A stretch of DNA of 64,000 nt from NCBI GenBank assembly GCA_900767825.1, contig CAAGAN010000006.1:3952-67951 (forward strand), read 5' to 3'. The translations under genes were made by a program, and so were the position numbers. Below, piece after piece: positions 45,116 to 55,501 of this stretch (its first letter is position 1; each line of letters opens with the position of its first letter). The notes beneath the pieces are model-generated. The model saw only the letters and a program-made list of their open reading frames with translations. It was not told where the DNA came from and ran no database searches. Origin of the DNA: Bacilli bacterium (GTDB lineage: Bacteria; Bacillota_I; Bacilli_A; RFN20; CAG-826).

Positions 45116-45765
45116 GTATTGTTTCTCCTTCAATTCTTTCTGCTTCTTTTTCTTCCATTCATGAAGAAGTAAATAAAATGGCTCTTAATGGGGCTAAGTT
45201 TATCCATCTAGATGTAATGGATGGCAAATTTGTTCCTAATACAACTTTTGATGCTTCTTTATTAGATAAGATTAAAGATATTGATGTTGTTAAAGATACC
45301 CATTTGATGGTAGTTTCTCCTTTTGAGGAAATTAAAGAATTCGCTAAGGCCGGATCAGATGTAATCACAATCCATGTCGAGGCCTTTTCTAGCAATGAAG
45401 AAGTCTTGAAGGCGATAGAATTAATCAAATCGCTTAACGTAAAGCCAGGAATTTCGCTTAAACCAAACACTAGTGTAGAAGATGTAGTTCCATTTTTACC
45501 CTTAGTTGGTTTAGTTTTAGTAATGTCAGTTGAACCAGGGAAAGGCGGACAGAAATTCATGCCTAATTCCCTAGAGAAGATTTCTTTCTTTGATGAATAT
45601 AGAAAGAAAAACAATCTAGATTACCTAATCGAAGTCGATGGGGGAATAAATCTAGAAACTGCTAAACTATGTGTAGATAAAGGGGTTGACGTCCTTGTTG
45701 CAGGGTCATATCTATATGGACATGATGATTATAAAGAAAGGTTAAAAGGGTTAATTGAATTATGA
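45112..45765 (+). CDS. rpe: Ribulose-phosphate 3-epimerase
   Basis: HLDVMDGKFVPN, MSVEPGKGGQKF, EVDGGIN. Confidence 0.9.
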   Translation: MSIVSPSILSASFSSIHEEVNKMALNGAKFIHLDVMDGKFVPNTTFDASLLDKIKDIDVVKDTHLMVVSPFEEIKEFAKAGSDVITIHVEAFSSNEEVLKAIELIKSLNVKPGISLKPNTSVEDVVPFLPLVGLVLVMSVEPGKGGQKFMPNSLEKISFFDEYRKKNNLDYLIEVDGGINLETAKLCVDKGVDVLVAGSYLYGHDDYKERLKGLIEL

Positions 45766-46460
45766 TAGGTATAATCTTATTTGCTTCCTTCCTTGTATTG
45801 CTATTTGGCTTCTTTATCTTTTATATGGTTACAGGATGCCTCTGTTATAAAAATAGATATAAGAAGAATTATGATTATCTTTCTTGCTTCCCATTTGAAA
45901 TGAGCGATAGCGATGACAAAAATAGCCACATTAATAAATTTGCCTGTATTGGCTTAGCTATTATAGTTACTGGAAGTAGCTTCTTCCTTATCTATTTAAA
46001 TCCAACTTTTTCTTCCTTGAATTCGTTAGGAATCATAATTGGGGTAATAACTTTATTTACAATGGCTTCTTTTGTTGGACTAAATTATATCCCGGCCTAT
46101 GTATTTAAATACCATCTGATATTATCGGTTGTATTTTTTTCCTTATCAGCCTTGCTTGATATTGTAATTGGGCTAACTTTCTTTAATTTATATTCATATT
46201 TATCGATGAATAAACTAGCAATGACCTTGGCTATAATTTGCCTAGTTATTGCCTTGATTAAGGGCTTGATCCTAGTTAATCCTAGATTATCTAAATGGAC
46301 TGAACTTCAATCTTCGGTTGGAAGCGATGGAGTAGTTACTTCTAGTCGTCCTCGCCCGTTCATCTTGGCCTTTTCTGAATGGCTTACTTTATTCCTAGAT
46401 ATATTATCCTTATTAATATATATAATAGGATTATTGATATTTAGCCTAGAAATCGCCTAG
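45762..46460 (+). CDS. Hypothetical polytopic membrane protein
   Basis: 232 aa, about 6 TM, coupled to rpe by a 4-nt overlap. Confidence 0.6.
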   Translation: MIGIILFASFLVLLFGFFIFYMVTGCLCYKNRYKKNYDYLSCFPFEMSDSDDKNSHINKFACIGLAIIVTGSSFFLIYLNPTFSSLNSLGIIIGVITLFTMASFVGLNYIPAYVFKYHLILSVVFFSLSALLDIVIGLTFFNLYSYLSMNKLAMTLAIICLVIALIKGLILVNPRLSKWTELQSSVGSDGVVTSSRPRPFILAFSEWLTLFLDILSLLIYIIGLLIFSLEIA

Positions 46461-46470
46461 ATAGGTAAAG

Positions 46471-46499
46471 AAAAAAAGACGTGGTTCCACGTCCCTTTA
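46471..46499. terminator. Bidirectional rho-independent terminator between convergent genes
   Basis: A7-GACGTG-GTTC-CACGTC-CCTTT. Read on the minus strand it ends in T7 and serves rpmB. Confidence 0.65.
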
Positions 46500-46519
46500 A
46501 CTTCTAGCAAATAATCGAA

Positions 46520-46729
46520 TTATTTGGCTGCTTTTTCTTGGGCCTTGATAGTCTTGTTTAAGGTACGATAAGCTCTAGCAGACATTCTGACTTCGACCAT
46601 CTTTCCGTCAACGTTGACTTTGTATTTTTGTAAATTGACATTCCAACGACGACGGGTGGCTCTTAGTGAGTGACTACGAGCATTTCCGCTGACTGGGCCT
46701 TTTCCTGTTACTGGGCAAACTCTAGACAT
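46520..46729 (-). CDS. rpmB: 50S ribosomal protein L28
   Basis: MSRVCPVTGKGPVSGNARSHSLRATRRRWNVNLQ. Confidence 0.95.
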   Translation of the reverse strand: MSRVCPVTGKGPVSGNARSHSLRATRRRWNVNLQKYKVNVDGKMVEVRMSARAYRTLNKTIKAQEKAAK

Positions 46730-46762
46730 AGTAAATACCTCTTTGCGGGTTACGCGTATGGA

Positions 46763-46791
46763 AATATAGCACAGGCTAGGGGTAAGTGCAA
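46763..46791 (-). promoter_or_regulatory. Candidate sigma-A promoter of rpmB (TTGCAC - 17 nt - TATATT)
   Basis: On the minus strand, -35 is at 46791-46786 and -10 at 46768-46763, with a 17-nt spacer. Confidence 0.5.
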
Positions 46792-47076
46792 ACTTTATTT
46801 AATAATAAAGTGAAATATCTAGCCCCTTAGACCTATTTTTTAGGATATATGTCAAATTAGTAACGAAAATGAAACTAAAACAAATAAATAAATTACGGAA
46901 ACGAAAGATGATAATAAACTTAATTTATTTTCTAGTTCAATTGGAAAAACTCTACTTTAGATGTCTAAAACTATTCTTTCTGAATACTAGGGCAATTAAG
47001 GTTAAAATTGTTTAGATTTTTAGTGCCTTTTTCTAACATTTTTCATATAATGAATTTGTATTAATAAGGAGCTCCT

Positions 47077-48201
47077 ATGGGCATAAAAATTGCTGCTATG
47101 ATTTTAGCTGGTGGCAAAGGAACTAGGTTAAAAGCTTTGACAAGAAAAACTGCTAAACCTGCTGTTTCCTATGGCGCCAAATATCGTATTATCGACTTTC
47201 CTCTTTCAAATTGTGCCAATTCCAACATCAACCATGTTGGGGTTTTGACCCAATATGAATCTAGCGATCTCAATTCCTACATCGGGAATGGCAAGAACTG
47301 GGGTTTAAACGGGGTAAATTCCCTTACAGCCGTCTTAACTCCAAAGCAAACCGAAGAAGGCTCTTCCTGGTATAAAGGAACTGCCGATGCCATCTATCAA
47401 AACATTGATTGGCTTGATTCGATTGCCCCTGAATATGTCTTGATTCTATCTGGGGATCATATCTATTCGACTACTTATGACGAAATGCTTAAACTCCATG
47501 AAGAAAAAAAGGCTGACTGTACGATTTCAGTTATCGAAGTACCTATCGAAGAAGCTTCCAGGTTTGGAATTCTTGAAACTGATAACGAAAGCAATATAAC
47601 TGCCTTCAAGGAAAAACCAAAAGTGCCTAAGTCAAATCTTGCTTCCATGGGTATCTATATCTTTAATTACAAGATACTTAGAAGCATGCTAGTCGAAGAT
47701 GCTAAAAACGAAAATAGCGACCATGACTTTGGCAAGAATATAATCCCGACCATGTTAGAGAAGGGAAAGAAGCTTGTCGCCTATACTTTTAAGGGATATT
47801 GGAAGGATGTAGGTACTATCTCTTCCTTACATCAAGCTAATATGGACCTTCTTTTAAGCGGAGATCCTTCAATTAATCTATTTTCGGTACAAGCTAATCA
47901 AAGGATTTATTCAGAAGATACACACGCTACCCCTCAATATATCGGGAGCAAGGCCGTTGTTAAGGATTGCTTAATCAACCAAGGCGCGACAATCCTAGGC
48001 GAAGTTGACCATTGCGTCATTTCTAGCCAAGTCGAAGTCGAAGAAGGTGCTAAGGTTGTTAATTCTGTCTTGATGCAAGGAGTCAGCATCAAAAAAGGCG
48101 CTGTTGTTGAAAATGCCATCATTGGTCCAAATAGCGAAATAGAAGAAAACGAACAGTTAAATATTGGAAACAAGGATATTGCCTTGTATGCAAGAGGTTA
48201 A
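47077..48201 (+). CDS. glgC: Glucose-1-phosphate adenylyltransferase
   Basis: ILAGGKGTRLKALTRKTAKPAV, FKEKP, C-terminal left-handed beta-helix repeats. Confidence 0.9.
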   Translation: MGIKIAAMILAGGKGTRLKALTRKTAKPAVSYGAKYRIIDFPLSNCANSNINHVGVLTQYESSDLNSYIGNGKNWGLNGVNSLTAVLTPKQTEEGSSWYKGTADAIYQNIDWLDSIAPEYVLILSGDHIYSTTYDEMLKLHEEKKADCTISVIEVPIEEASRFGILETDNESNITAFKEKPKVPKSNLASMGIYIFNYKILRSMLVEDAKNENSDHDFGKNIIPTMLEKGKKLVAYTFKGYWKDVGTISSLHQANMDLLLSGDPSINLFSVQANQRIYSEDTHATPQYIGSKAVVKDCLINQGATILGEVDHCVISSQVEVEEGAKVVNSVLMQGVSIKKGAVVENAIIGPNSEIEENEQLNIGNKDIALYARG

Positions 48202-48205
48202 TTTT

Positions 48206-49324
48206 ATGAATGATGTAATTGGTATTGTAAATTTTCACTCTTCCCCAGAGATTCCTCAATTAACTGATTCCCGCCCATTAGGATCAACTTCCTTCTTAGG
48301 TAGATATGCCTGCTGCGACTTTGCGATGTCTAATATTACTAATTCCGGTATTTCCACGATGGGAATATTGGTAAAAGACCATCAAAGATCCATCCTTAAG
48401 CATCTAGGCAGCATGGATGCTTGGACTACCAATACTAAAATTGGTCAACAAATTATCATGTATAACGAGCCAGGACATCTTTATCCTTCCTCCAATACAG
48501 ATATTAATAACATCAAGGAAAATGACTGGGTCTTATATGATTCGAGCGCTTCCTATATTGTTGTTGTTCCAGCCCACGTTATTACAAATATCGATTTAAG
48601 ACCGATAATAAAAGAACACATCCAAAGAAAAGAAAAGATTACCGTTGTTGCTACTAAAGTAAAAAATGCCGAAGATGAATTCTTGACTTCAAAAGTACTT
48701 TCAGTCGATAAGAATGGTTATGTGCAGGAAGCTATTGAAAATGTTGGCATTGCTGGAGAGGCTATTGTCTCAATGGAAATGTATGTCATCAATAGAACTG
48801 TTCTAGCAGATATGATTCATCGTTATGCTAGACGTAATCTTACTTTGGATTTAAAGACTCTTATCTATATCGTTACTAGGGAAGATGGATTTAAGGCCCA
48901 TGTATATATGTATGATGGATATACTAGATGCATTGATTCATTTAAGCATTACATGGATTATTCTTTCGAATTATTTTCCAAAGATATCTCCAAACAATTA
49001 TTCAAGAAAGATTGGCCAATTTATACTTTGACTCACGATACCCCTCCAGCCTTATATGGCAAGGATGCAAAAGTATCTAATTCTTTTATTTCTAATGGTA
49101 GCTTAATCGAGGGAACTGTCATAAATTCCATCATTGCACGTAATGTAAAAGTTGCTAAAGGTGCTGTTGTTAAGGATTCTATTGTCTTCTCTTCAACTAT
49201 GATTGGGGATAAGGCCCATATCGAAAATGCCCTTATCGATAAATATTCTATTATTACCCGTTCCCATATTGTCTCTGGTGATAAAAACGAGCCACATTAT
49301 GTAGCCCAAGGATCTATTATATGA
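48206..49324 (+). CDS. glgD: Glucose-1-phosphate adenylyltransferase regulatory subunit GlgD
   Basis: GlgC paralogue lacking the GGxGxRL motif. Sits between glgC and glgA as in Firmicutes. The ATG at 48206 lies just after the glgC stop. Confidence 0.8.
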   Translation: MNDVIGIVNFHSSPEIPQLTDSRPLGSTSFLGRYACCDFAMSNITNSGISTMGILVKDHQRSILKHLGSMDAWTTNTKIGQQIIMYNEPGHLYPSSNTDINNIKENDWVLYDSSASYIVVVPAHVITNIDLRPIIKEHIQRKEKITVVATKVKNAEDEFLTSKVLSVDKNGYVQEAIENVGIAGEAIVSMEMYVINRTVLADMIHRYARRNLTLDLKTLIYIVTREDGFKAHVYMYDGYTRCIDSFKHYMDYSFELFSKDISKQLFKKDWPIYTLTHDTPPALYGKDAKVSNSFISNGSLIEGTVINSIIARNVKVAKGAVVKDSIVFSSTMIGDKAHIENALIDKYSIITRSHIVSGDKNEPHYVAQGSII

Positions 49325-50751
49325 AAATTGCATTTGTCTCAAGCGAATCAAATCCCTTTTCCAAAACCGGTGGATTAGGTGATGTTGTCTATTCTTTATC
49401 AAAAGAACTTTCTTCTAAGGAAGATGTTTCGGTTTTCCTCCCCTTTTATGAATCAACTTCTAATAAGGATTATAAATTCAAGCAAGTCGCATCTTTCTAT
49501 ACAAAGATGAGTTGGAGAAACCAACAAACCGATATCTATTACTATAAATTAAATAATGTCAATTTCTATTTTCTCGCCAATTCATATTATTTTACTAGGC
49601 ACAACCTATATGGATATGGAGATGATGGGGAACGTTTTGCTTTCTTTAGCCTTGCCGTTATAGAGACTATAAAGCAATTGAATCTTCGCTTCGATATCAT
49701 TCATTGCAATGATTGGCAAACTGGAATGATTCCTTGCTTAGTCAAGAAAAAAGACCCATTCCATCCTAATTTTTCCTATACTAAATTTATCTTTACCATC
49801 CATAACCCAATGTTTATGGGCTTAATCGATAGATATTTCCTAAATGATTTCTATTCATTAAGCGATGATTTATTTGATTCAGGCAAACTTCGTTTTGAAG
49901 GAATGGTTTCTACTTTCAAGGCTGGCATTGTCTATGCTGATAAGATAACTACCGTATCTCCAACGCATGCTCTTGAATTATTAGATCCATCATCGACATT
50001 TGGTTTATCTTATATCTTAACTTTAAGAAAAGATGATTTTGTTGGGATTTGTAATGGCATTGACGAAAGCGAATTCAATCCAAAAGAAGATCCTAATATT
50101 GCTAAAAAGTATTCAATCAAAGACGTTACTAGTGGCAAGAAAGAATGCAAGAAAGCAATGTTTGATAAATGCCTACTTGAATATAAAGATGTTCCTTGCT
50201 ATGGGCTAGTTTCTAGATTGACTTCCCAAAAAGGAATCGAATTGGTCTTAACTGAGGCAAGAAAAATCTTAAATAACGGAGGGGCTTTCTTTGCTCTTGG
50301 TTCAGGTGAATATGCCTATGAACAAGCCTTGGAAGACTTAAGAAGAGATTATCCAGATAGAGTTGGAATTTATATTGGCTATAATGCTAAATTCGCCCAT
50401 TATATCTATGCCGGGTGTGATTTTTTCCTCATGCCTTCTTTATTTGAACCTTGTGGGATTGGACAGATGATTGCCTTAAAATATGGCACTCTTCCAATTG
50501 CTAGAAGGACGGGTGGCTTAGCGGATACTATTGTTGATTATAATGATTCTAACCTAGATAATGCCGATGGATTCCTTTTTAATGATTTTGATATTGGTGG
50601 ACTTGATTACGGAGTCTATAAGGCTAGTCTAGTCTATAACGACAAAGCAAAACTAAGAAAACTTAGAAGCAACGCCATGAAAGCAGACCATTCATGGAAT
50701 AAATCTAGCTTGCAATATCTAGAATTATATAAGCAAGCCCTAAATAAATAG
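49321..50751 (+). CDS. glgA: Glycogen synthase
   Basis: MKIAFVSSESNPFSKTGGLGDV, PSLFEPCGIGQM. Confidence 0.9.
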   Translation: MKIAFVSSESNPFSKTGGLGDVVYSLSKELSSKEDVSVFLPFYESTSNKDYKFKQVASFYTKMSWRNQQTDIYYYKLNNVNFYFLANSYYFTRHNLYGYGDDGERFAFFSLAVIETIKQLNLRFDIIHCNDWQTGMIPCLVKKKDPFHPNFSYTKFIFTIHNPMFMGLIDRYFLNDFYSLSDDLFDSGKLRFEGMVSTFKAGIVYADKITTVSPTHALELLDPSSTFGLSYILTLRKDDFVGICNGIDESEFNPKEDPNIAKKYSIKDVTSGKKECKKAMFDKCLLEYKDVPCYGLVSRLTSQKGIELVLTEARKILNNGGAFFALGSGEYAYEQALEDLRRDYPDRVGIYIGYNAKFAHYIYAGCDFFLMPSLFEPCGIGQMIALKYGTLPIARRTGGLADTIVDYNDSNLDNADGFLFNDFDIGGLDYGVYKASLVYNDKAKLRKLRSNAMKADHSWNKSSLQYLELYKQALNK

Positions 50752-50810
50752 TTATTTAGCCTGCCTTTTTATCTATTTAATTTTTAATCAGTTAGTCTAT
50801 AATTTGCCTT

Positions 50811-53216
50811 ATGAGTTACGATTATAAGAATATTGAACAAAAATGGGCAAAATACTGGGATGATAACAATACCTTTTATTGCGACACCCATGATTTTTCT
50901 AAGCCCAAATATTATGTATTAGACATGTTCCCATATCCATCAGGACAAGGACTACATGTCGGGCATCCTGAAGGATATACTGCAACAGATATTGTCTGCA
51001 GGATGAAAAGAATGCAAGGATATAATGTCCTCCATCCAATGGGATGGGATGCTTTTGGCCTTCCAGCCGAACAATTTGCTATTAAAAACAATGTCCATCC
51101 TGAAGAATTTACCAGGAAGAACATTGCTAATTTCAAACGTCAAATCAAAGCCCTTGGGTTCTCTTATGATTGGAGTAAGGAAATTGCTACAATCGATGAA
51201 GATTATTACAAATGGACCCAATGGATCTTTATCCAATTGTTTAAGCATGACTTGGCTTATGTTGCTGATATTCCAGTCAATTATTGCCCTGAATTAGGAA
51301 CTGTCTTGGCTAATGAAGAAGTCGTTAACGGAGTTTCCGAAAGAGGAGGGTATCCAGTTATTAGGATGCCTATGAGGCAATGGGTACTTCGCATTACTAA
51401 ATATGCCGATAAACTAGAGAAAGATTTAACTTTACTAGATTGGCCAAAGTCTACTCTAGAAATGCAAAAGAACTGGATTGGCAAAAGCGAAGGTGTTTCT
51501 ATTACTTTCAAGATTAATGGAATAGATGAAAGCTTTGAAGTATTTACTACTAGAGTTGATACTTTATTTGGCTGCACTTATTGCTGCTTAGCTCCTGAAC
51601 ATCCTTTAGTTGCTAAATTAACCTCTGCTTCTCAATTAGAAGCCGTTAATAAATATGTAGAAGAATCCAAACGTAAATCAGATTTAGCTAGGACTTCTAC
51701 TTCTAAAGACAAGACCGGTGTCTATCTTGGATTTGATGCGATTAATCCAATAAATGGGAAAGTAATTCCAGTTTATTGTGCAGATTATGTCTTGGGTTCA
51801 TATGGATCTGGAGCCGTTATGGCTGTTCCTAGCCACGATTCCAGGGATTATGAATTTGCTAAAAAACATAATCTAGAAATAATCCAGGTTGTCGAAGGCG
51901 ATATCTCTACTTCTGCTTATGAAGGAGATGGAAAACATATCAATTCTAGCTTTGCTGATGGATTAAATATTGCGGATGCTAAAGTCACAATAACTAAGAA
52001 ATTAGAAGAAATCGGTGCTGGGAAAAGAGTCATCAATTACAAATTGCGTGACTGGATTTTCTCTAGGCAAAGATATTGGGGAGAACCAATCCCTGTTGTT
52101 AAACTTGATGATGGAACCGAATTCCCTCTTCCAGAAGATCAACTTCCATTAGTGCTTCCTGAATTAGATGATTATAAACCTACAAAAGACGGCAAACCTC
52201 CATTGTCTAAAGCACCTTCTAGCTGGCTAAATTATGTTGCTCCAGATGGAAGAAAAGGTGTTAGGGAAACTAATACAATGCCTCAATGGGCAGGTTCTTG
52301 CTGGTATTACATCCGTTATATAGATCCACATAATAACAATGCGATTGGCGATAAGAAATTATTAGACCATTGGCTTCCTGTTGATTTATATGTCGGCGGA
52401 GCTGAACATGCCGTATTGCATTTGCTTTATGCTAGATTCTGGCATAAATTCCTTTATGACATTGGCGTTGTATCCTCTAAGGAACCATTTAAGAAATTAT
52501 TCCATCAAGGCATGATTTTAGGTTCAAACGGGGAAAAGATGTCTAAATCTAGAGGAAATGTCGTTAATCCAGATGAGATAGTCAATAATTATGGCGCTGA
52601 TTCACTTCGTTTATTCGAGATGTTTGCAGGTCCATTAGAAGAGGCAAAACCTTGGTCTACTACCGGAATTGAAGGTAGCAAGAGATTTATAGAAAGAGTA
52701 TTTAGATTGGTTGATGATCCTACTTTCTATGAAAAGATATCTTCTACAAATTCCCATGAATTGGACTTTGAATTTGCTTCCATGGCTAAAAAAGTCAGTG
52801 CAGACTTTGAGGCTTTGGCCTTCAATACTGCTATTTCTGCTATGATGGTATTTATCAATGCTGTCTATAAAGCTAAATCTATATATAAGGAATATATAGA
52901 AGGATTTGTTAAGATGTTCTCTTGCATTTGCCCTTACGTAGGAGAAGAAATGTGGCAAAAACTTGGCCATGATTCAACGTTGGCTTATGAGCCTTGGCCG
53001 AGTTATGATGAAGCTAATCTAATCAAAAACACGATGAAGATGGCTATCTCGGTTAATGGAAAAACTAGAGATGTCATGGAATTCGATGTTGATATTAACC
53101 AAGATGATGCTCTTGCTATGGTAAAAGCCAATCCAAAGATTGCTCAATATATCGATGGCAAGGAAATCAAAAAGATCATCTTTGTCAAAGGTAGAATTTG
53201 TAACATAGTAGTTTAA
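50811..53216 (+). CDS. leuS: Leucyl-tRNA synthetase
   Basis: HVGHPEGY (HIGH) and KMSKSRGN (KMSKS). 801 aa. Confidence 0.95.
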   Translation: MSYDYKNIEQKWAKYWDDNNTFYCDTHDFSKPKYYVLDMFPYPSGQGLHVGHPEGYTATDIVCRMKRMQGYNVLHPMGWDAFGLPAEQFAIKNNVHPEEFTRKNIANFKRQIKALGFSYDWSKEIATIDEDYYKWTQWIFIQLFKHDLAYVADIPVNYCPELGTVLANEEVVNGVSERGGYPVIRMPMRQWVLRITKYADKLEKDLTLLDWPKSTLEMQKNWIGKSEGVSITFKINGIDESFEVFTTRVDTLFGCTYCCLAPEHPLVAKLTSASQLEAVNKYVEESKRKSDLARTSTSKDKTGVYLGFDAINPINGKVIPVYCADYVLGSYGSGAVMAVPSHDSRDYEFAKKHNLEIIQVVEGDISTSAYEGDGKHINSSFADGLNIADAKVTITKKLEEIGAGKRVINYKLRDWIFSRQRYWGEPIPVVKLDDGTEFPLPEDQLPLVLPELDDYKPTKDGKPPLSKAPSSWLNYVAPDGRKGVRETNTMPQWAGSCWYYIRYIDPHNNNAIGDKKLLDHWLPVDLYVGGAEHAVLHLLYARFWHKFLYDIGVVSSKEPFKKLFHQGMILGSNGEKMSKSRGNVVNPDEIVNNYGADSLRLFEMFAGPLEEAKPWSTTGIEGSKRFIERVFRLVDDPTFYEKISSTNSHELDFEFASMAKKVSADFEALAFNTAISAMMVFINAVYKAKSIYKEYIEGFVKMFSCICPYVGEEMWQKLGHDSTLAYEPWPSYDEANLIKNTMKMAISVNGKTRDVMEFDVDINQDDALAMVKANPKIAQYIDGKEIKKIIFVKGRICNIVV

Positions 53217-53232
53217 TCTAAACCAAATTTAT

Positions 53233-53311
53233 AAGCCCTTGCCGTTGTGAAGTGAGACCATCCTGTTGTTTGTCCAACATTTGGGTCTCACTTCATTGCA
53301 AGGGCTTTTTT
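53233..53311 (+). terminator. Long compound hairpin plus T-run after leuS
   Basis: AAGCCCTTGC..TGAAGTGAGACC-24 nt-GGTCTCACTTCA..GCAAGGGCTT then TTTT. Confidence 0.7.
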
Positions 53312-53340
53312 AGATAGTCTATCTAGAGTAAAATGAACCT

Positions 53341-53883
53341 ATGAGAAATAATATTATTGTACATTCGATTGATTCTAATCGTATTAAAAAAGACCATTTT
53401 CTAGCCTGTGTAGAGATTCCTGCCGGCTGTAAGAACAAATATGAGCTTGACGAAGATAGTGGTTATCTAATGTTAGATAGGATACTTTTTACATCAACTC
53501 ACTACCCACATAACTATGGATTCATTCCTAAAACCTGGGGTCTAGATGATGACCCATTAGATGTTATGATCGTTACTAGTGAGCCTATAGTTCCTATGGC
53601 TTTAGTAAGATGCCATCCGGTGGGAATGCTAAATATGAAAGACTCTGGTTTTGTCGATGAAAAAATAATTGCTGTCTGCGATAACGATCCTTTCTACGCT
53701 CAGATTAAGCAAATTCACGAACTACCAAATCACCTTCTAGACGAAATCCGTCATTTCTTTAAAGTATATAAGCAATTAGAGAATGGAAAGCCTACTGAAA
53801 TTGGTGGGTTTGAAAATAGGGAAGTTGCTGAAGAGGCGATAGAAAAAGCTATTGCTAGATATAAAGATAAGTTTGAGAAATAA
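53341..53883 (+). CDS. ppa: Family I inorganic pyrophosphatase
   Basis: EIPAGCKNKYELD, YPHNYGFIP.T..DDDPLDVMIV. Confidence 0.9.
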   Translation: MRNNIIVHSIDSNRIKKDHFLACVEIPAGCKNKYELDEDSGYLMLDRILFTSTHYPHNYGFIPKTWGLDDDPLDVMIVTSEPIVPMALVRCHPVGMLNMKDSGFVDEKIIAVCDNDPFYAQIKQIHELPNHLLDEIRHFFKVYKQLENGKPTEIGGFENREVAEEAIEKAIARYKDKFEK

Positions 53884-53907
53884 ATACTATCTTATAAATG
53901 ATCTTAG

Positions 53908-53937
53908 AAGTCTTGCTAATAGTGCAGGACTTTTTTC
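53908..53937 (+). terminator. Rho-independent terminator after ppa
   Basis: AAGTCTTGC-7 nt-GCAGGACTT then TTTTT. Confidence 0.6.
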
Positions 53938-54018
53938 TTTGATTATTATATTATGAACAAAATGATTTTATTAAAATTATTATTATTAATATATTGAGAG
54001 ATGTTTACTTAAATATTC

Positions 54019-54058
54019 ATATAAAAATAGTTCAATATAAAATATAAAAATAGTACAA
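54019..54058 (+). repeat. Two 17-nt direct repeats ATATAAAAATAGT(T/A)CAA with 23-nt period upstream of the AAA+ gene
   Basis: Copies at 54019-54035 and 54042-54058. Confidence 0.8.
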
Positions 54059-54086
54059 CGAAATTATTTGTGTTAAACTATATTCG

Positions 54087-55355
54087 ATGAAAAACTTTGC
54101 TAGAATAATTTCCAATCAAATTAAAGATTCGATTTCTTCCGCCTCTATTGTTTTGCTTACTGGATTTAAAGGTAGTGGGAAGTCATTTTTAGGTGGTAAA
54201 TTTTCATCCTCTTCAATTAGCTTTTTTTCTTCTAACAACAAGGAATATTTATATACCGCAGATGCAAAACCACTTAATTTACTTCTAGGAGATTACCCAA
54301 GATTAATAGATGGGATTGAAGTTAAGGAAAAGATGCTTGATGCTTGTGTTTTATTTTCGTCAACAAAAAATGATGGAAAATTCATTTTAACTTCTTCTAA
54401 GAAAACAAGTTCATCTTCTAACCTTGCTTCTTTTTCAACAGTTTTTGTTTATCCGATGTCTTTATATGAATCAAAGGAATCTAATGGGAACGTTTCTTTG
54501 TCTTCGCTTTTTGATAGGAAGAAAATCGAGCCAGCTAAATTAATTTCTACGCTTAGTTTAGATCAGCTTATCTTTTCTACCTGCAGGGGAGGGTTTCCGA
54601 AGTCTTTAGAAGTTATTGACAAAGAAGAAAAACTAAAAGTAGCAAAATCTTATCTAACCAAATCTTTGAAATCTGAATTAAGTTTAGCATCTTCAAACAA
54701 AAGAGATTACTCAACAGCTCTTTCAATAGTCAAATCATATTCAAAGAACTTGTTCTCTTTTGAAAAGAATACTTTCCTTTTAGAATCTGCAAAGAAAGAA
54801 AAGCCATTATCTAAAACCACTTATTACGCCTATAAAAAGGCTTTAGAAGACATTTTCTTGCTCAATGAGATAAAACCTTGGAATTTGTCTTTAAGAAGCA
54901 AGGGAGTTGTAATTTCGGCTTCTAAGAGATGTTTGATTGATCCTAGTTTAGCTATTGCTGCGTTAAATCTTAAACCTGATGATTTCAAAACTAGTCTATT
55001 AAGATTTTCGTATTTATTTAAAAACCTAGTTGCTAGGGATCTTCTAGCCTATTCCCAGAAACTAGGTGGTAAGCTTTATTACTATTCCGATAGATATGGG
55101 CTAGATGTTGATTTGGTTCTTGAACTTAACGATGGTAGATATGCTTTGATTAATGTCGAGTTAGGCTCATTTGATATTGATGCCTCTTCAAAGCGGCTAG
55201 ACAAGTTAGAGGAGTTAATTCTTTCTTACAACAAAGAAAACAAAAAATACCCTTTGATGGAACCTACACTCAAATTAATAATTACCGCCTCTCCTCGTGG
55301 AAGTGTTAGAGAAGATGGAGTGGTAGTTGTTCCTATAGGCTGTTTGAAGGATTAG
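54087..55355 (+). CDS. AAA+ ATPase with a DUF4143-type C-terminal region
   Basis: Walker A GFKGSGKS. 422 aa, and the C-terminal pattern (..YYYSDRYGLDVDLVLE..) fits the widespread AAA_14/DUF4143 family. Confidence 0.7.
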   Translation: MKNFARIISNQIKDSISSASIVLLTGFKGSGKSFLGGKFSSSSISFFSSNNKEYLYTADAKPLNLLLGDYPRLIDGIEVKEKMLDACVLFSSTKNDGKFILTSSKKTSSSSNLASFSTVFVYPMSLYESKESNGNVSLSSLFDRKKIEPAKLISTLSLDQLIFSTCRGGFPKSLEVIDKEEKLKVAKSYLTKSLKSELSLASSNKRDYSTALSIVKSYSKNLFSFEKNTFLLESAKKEKPLSKTTYYAYKKALEDIFLLNEIKPWNLSLRSKGVVISASKRCLIDPSLAIAALNLKPDDFKTSLLRFSYLFKNLVARDLLAYSQKLGGKLYYYSDRYGLDVDLVLELNDGRYALINVELGSFDIDASSKRLDKLEELILSYNKENKKYPLMEPTLKLIITASPRGSVREDGVVVVPIGCLKD

Positions 55356-55501
55356 TTTTATTGACAAAATATTGAAATACTAGTTTGCTTTAATATTAAT
55401 TTGTAAACTAATAAAATTATTAAATTTAAAATAATGTCAATTTTAATAATTCTAATGGGTGTTTAATTATTAATACTTTATAATCATTCTAGGTGAAAGT
55501 T

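Noticed and set aside
50752-50810. Expected T-box leader upstream of leuS
   Set aside because: Only 59 nt of AT-rich sequence separate glgA from leuS. There is no specifier loop, no T-box sequence and no terminator, so leuS seems to be read through from glgA or driven by a short promoter.
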